DNA of 64,000 bases from Hemiscyllium ocellatum (lineage: Eukaryota), in the NCBI RefSeq assembly GCF_020745735.1, contig NC_083404.1:58651731-58715730 (forward strand). The letters are read 5' to 3'. Of the stretch, positions 63,131-64,000 are shown one piece after another (the first letter of the stretch is position 1; each line of letters begins with the position of its first letter). The notes beneath the pieces were generated by a model that saw nothing but the letters and a program-made list of their open reading frames with translations, was not told where the DNA came from and searched no databases. A program made the translations under genes and the position numbers.

Positions 63131-64000
63131 CTTGATAAGGTTGCTGTATTTCTGGTAAAACGTATTGACCTTCTGTGAAACTTTGGACTAATACTTTCTC
63201 ACTGTTTTATTTACATTTCTATTTTTGTTGCTGCTATATTCCATGAGGAAGAGGTGTTACTTCTACCTTTTTCCAAAATATTTTGGAATAAACAATATTG
63301 AAGTGTCAAATAAACCATGTATGGCTGTCACTCGGTTAAATCTATTCACTGATCATGAGAAGGAGCATGTGTATTTATGATTTATTTGACTGTTGGAAAA
63401 TAAAACAGACCATTTCTTGCGAATTAGTTCTTTAAACAACTGCCAACCCTTTGAGGCTTGAACAACCTTTTAAGATATCAATATTTGGAAACTGTATAAA
63501 CAATGAGCACTTACTTAGGATAAAGTCACTTTTAAGTGACTTTAAGCTGGTGAAAGAAATTCAGCCTGGCAAAATATTTACTAATCTATTTTGATTCTTC
63601 TGGGAGTTGTCCACATGCATGTCCAAAAGGTATCTCATCATCTTCTGAACAAGAGAAGATGATTGAAAATGTTGAATGCATAGAATTGGAAAAAACCATG
63701 AGGCTTATTGTTTGATTACAAAACACAGTATTGCATAAAGTAACAGTTCTAAAAGGATTATTGTTGGAAACTGAATGGACTCCACCCAATAATAACATCA
63801 CCACAGTTGTGAGTAGAGAATTGGAGAATCAAGCATATGGTCCCAATGGAGAAGACATTTGAATCCTTGTAGTCTTTTTGACAAGTTAGGCAAAATTGCA
63901 AAACTTGTACATCTTGGTATCATGCATTAAATTATATTTTCTACACCTCTTGTTAAGTCTCAATAGTGCTTTATCTCAATCCTACAAATACATAGGTCCT

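Noticed and set aside
467-63804. The many 60-170 aa ORFs in the six-frame track as standalone genes
   Set aside because: They are CR1/PLE/SINE fragments, their antisense frames, or random ORFs. Only 58364 and 62404 contain real exons in frame.
1-64000. CRISPR arrays, operons or other prokaryotic systems
   Set aside because: The sequence is eukaryotic and intron-rich, with no regularly spaced repeat-spacer array.

Overview
Vertebrate genomic DNA, most likely a shark (inferred from HE1-like V-SINEs, DeuSINE relics and dense CR1/Penelope repeats). The window lies inside one + strand gene. Six GT-AG coding exons (2283-2393, 16723-16813, 23166-23253, 51415-51484, 58424-58516, 62524-62727) splice in phase into 219 uninterrupted codons of the FERM-like domain of a SNX17/SNX31-family sorting nexin, best matching SNX31. 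The gene start and end lie outside the window. The introns are packed with decayed retroelements: CR1 and other LINEs, tRNA-derived SINEs, a solo LTR with nested insertions, and Penelope-like elements (PLEs). Most of the ORF track is LINE/PLE debris or noise. The most striking signal is a set of at least three families of PLE-derived fold-back insertions (about 130-1170 bp). Most have long target-site duplications (TSDs) and a 30-40 nt tail on one arm only, and they carry minimal type I hammerhead ribozyme motifs, sometimes on both strands, each family with its own palindromic stem III (ACGT, AGCT, AACGTT). Repeat boundaries were read by eye and are approximate unless a TSD is quoted. Family names come from recalled motifs, not database searches.
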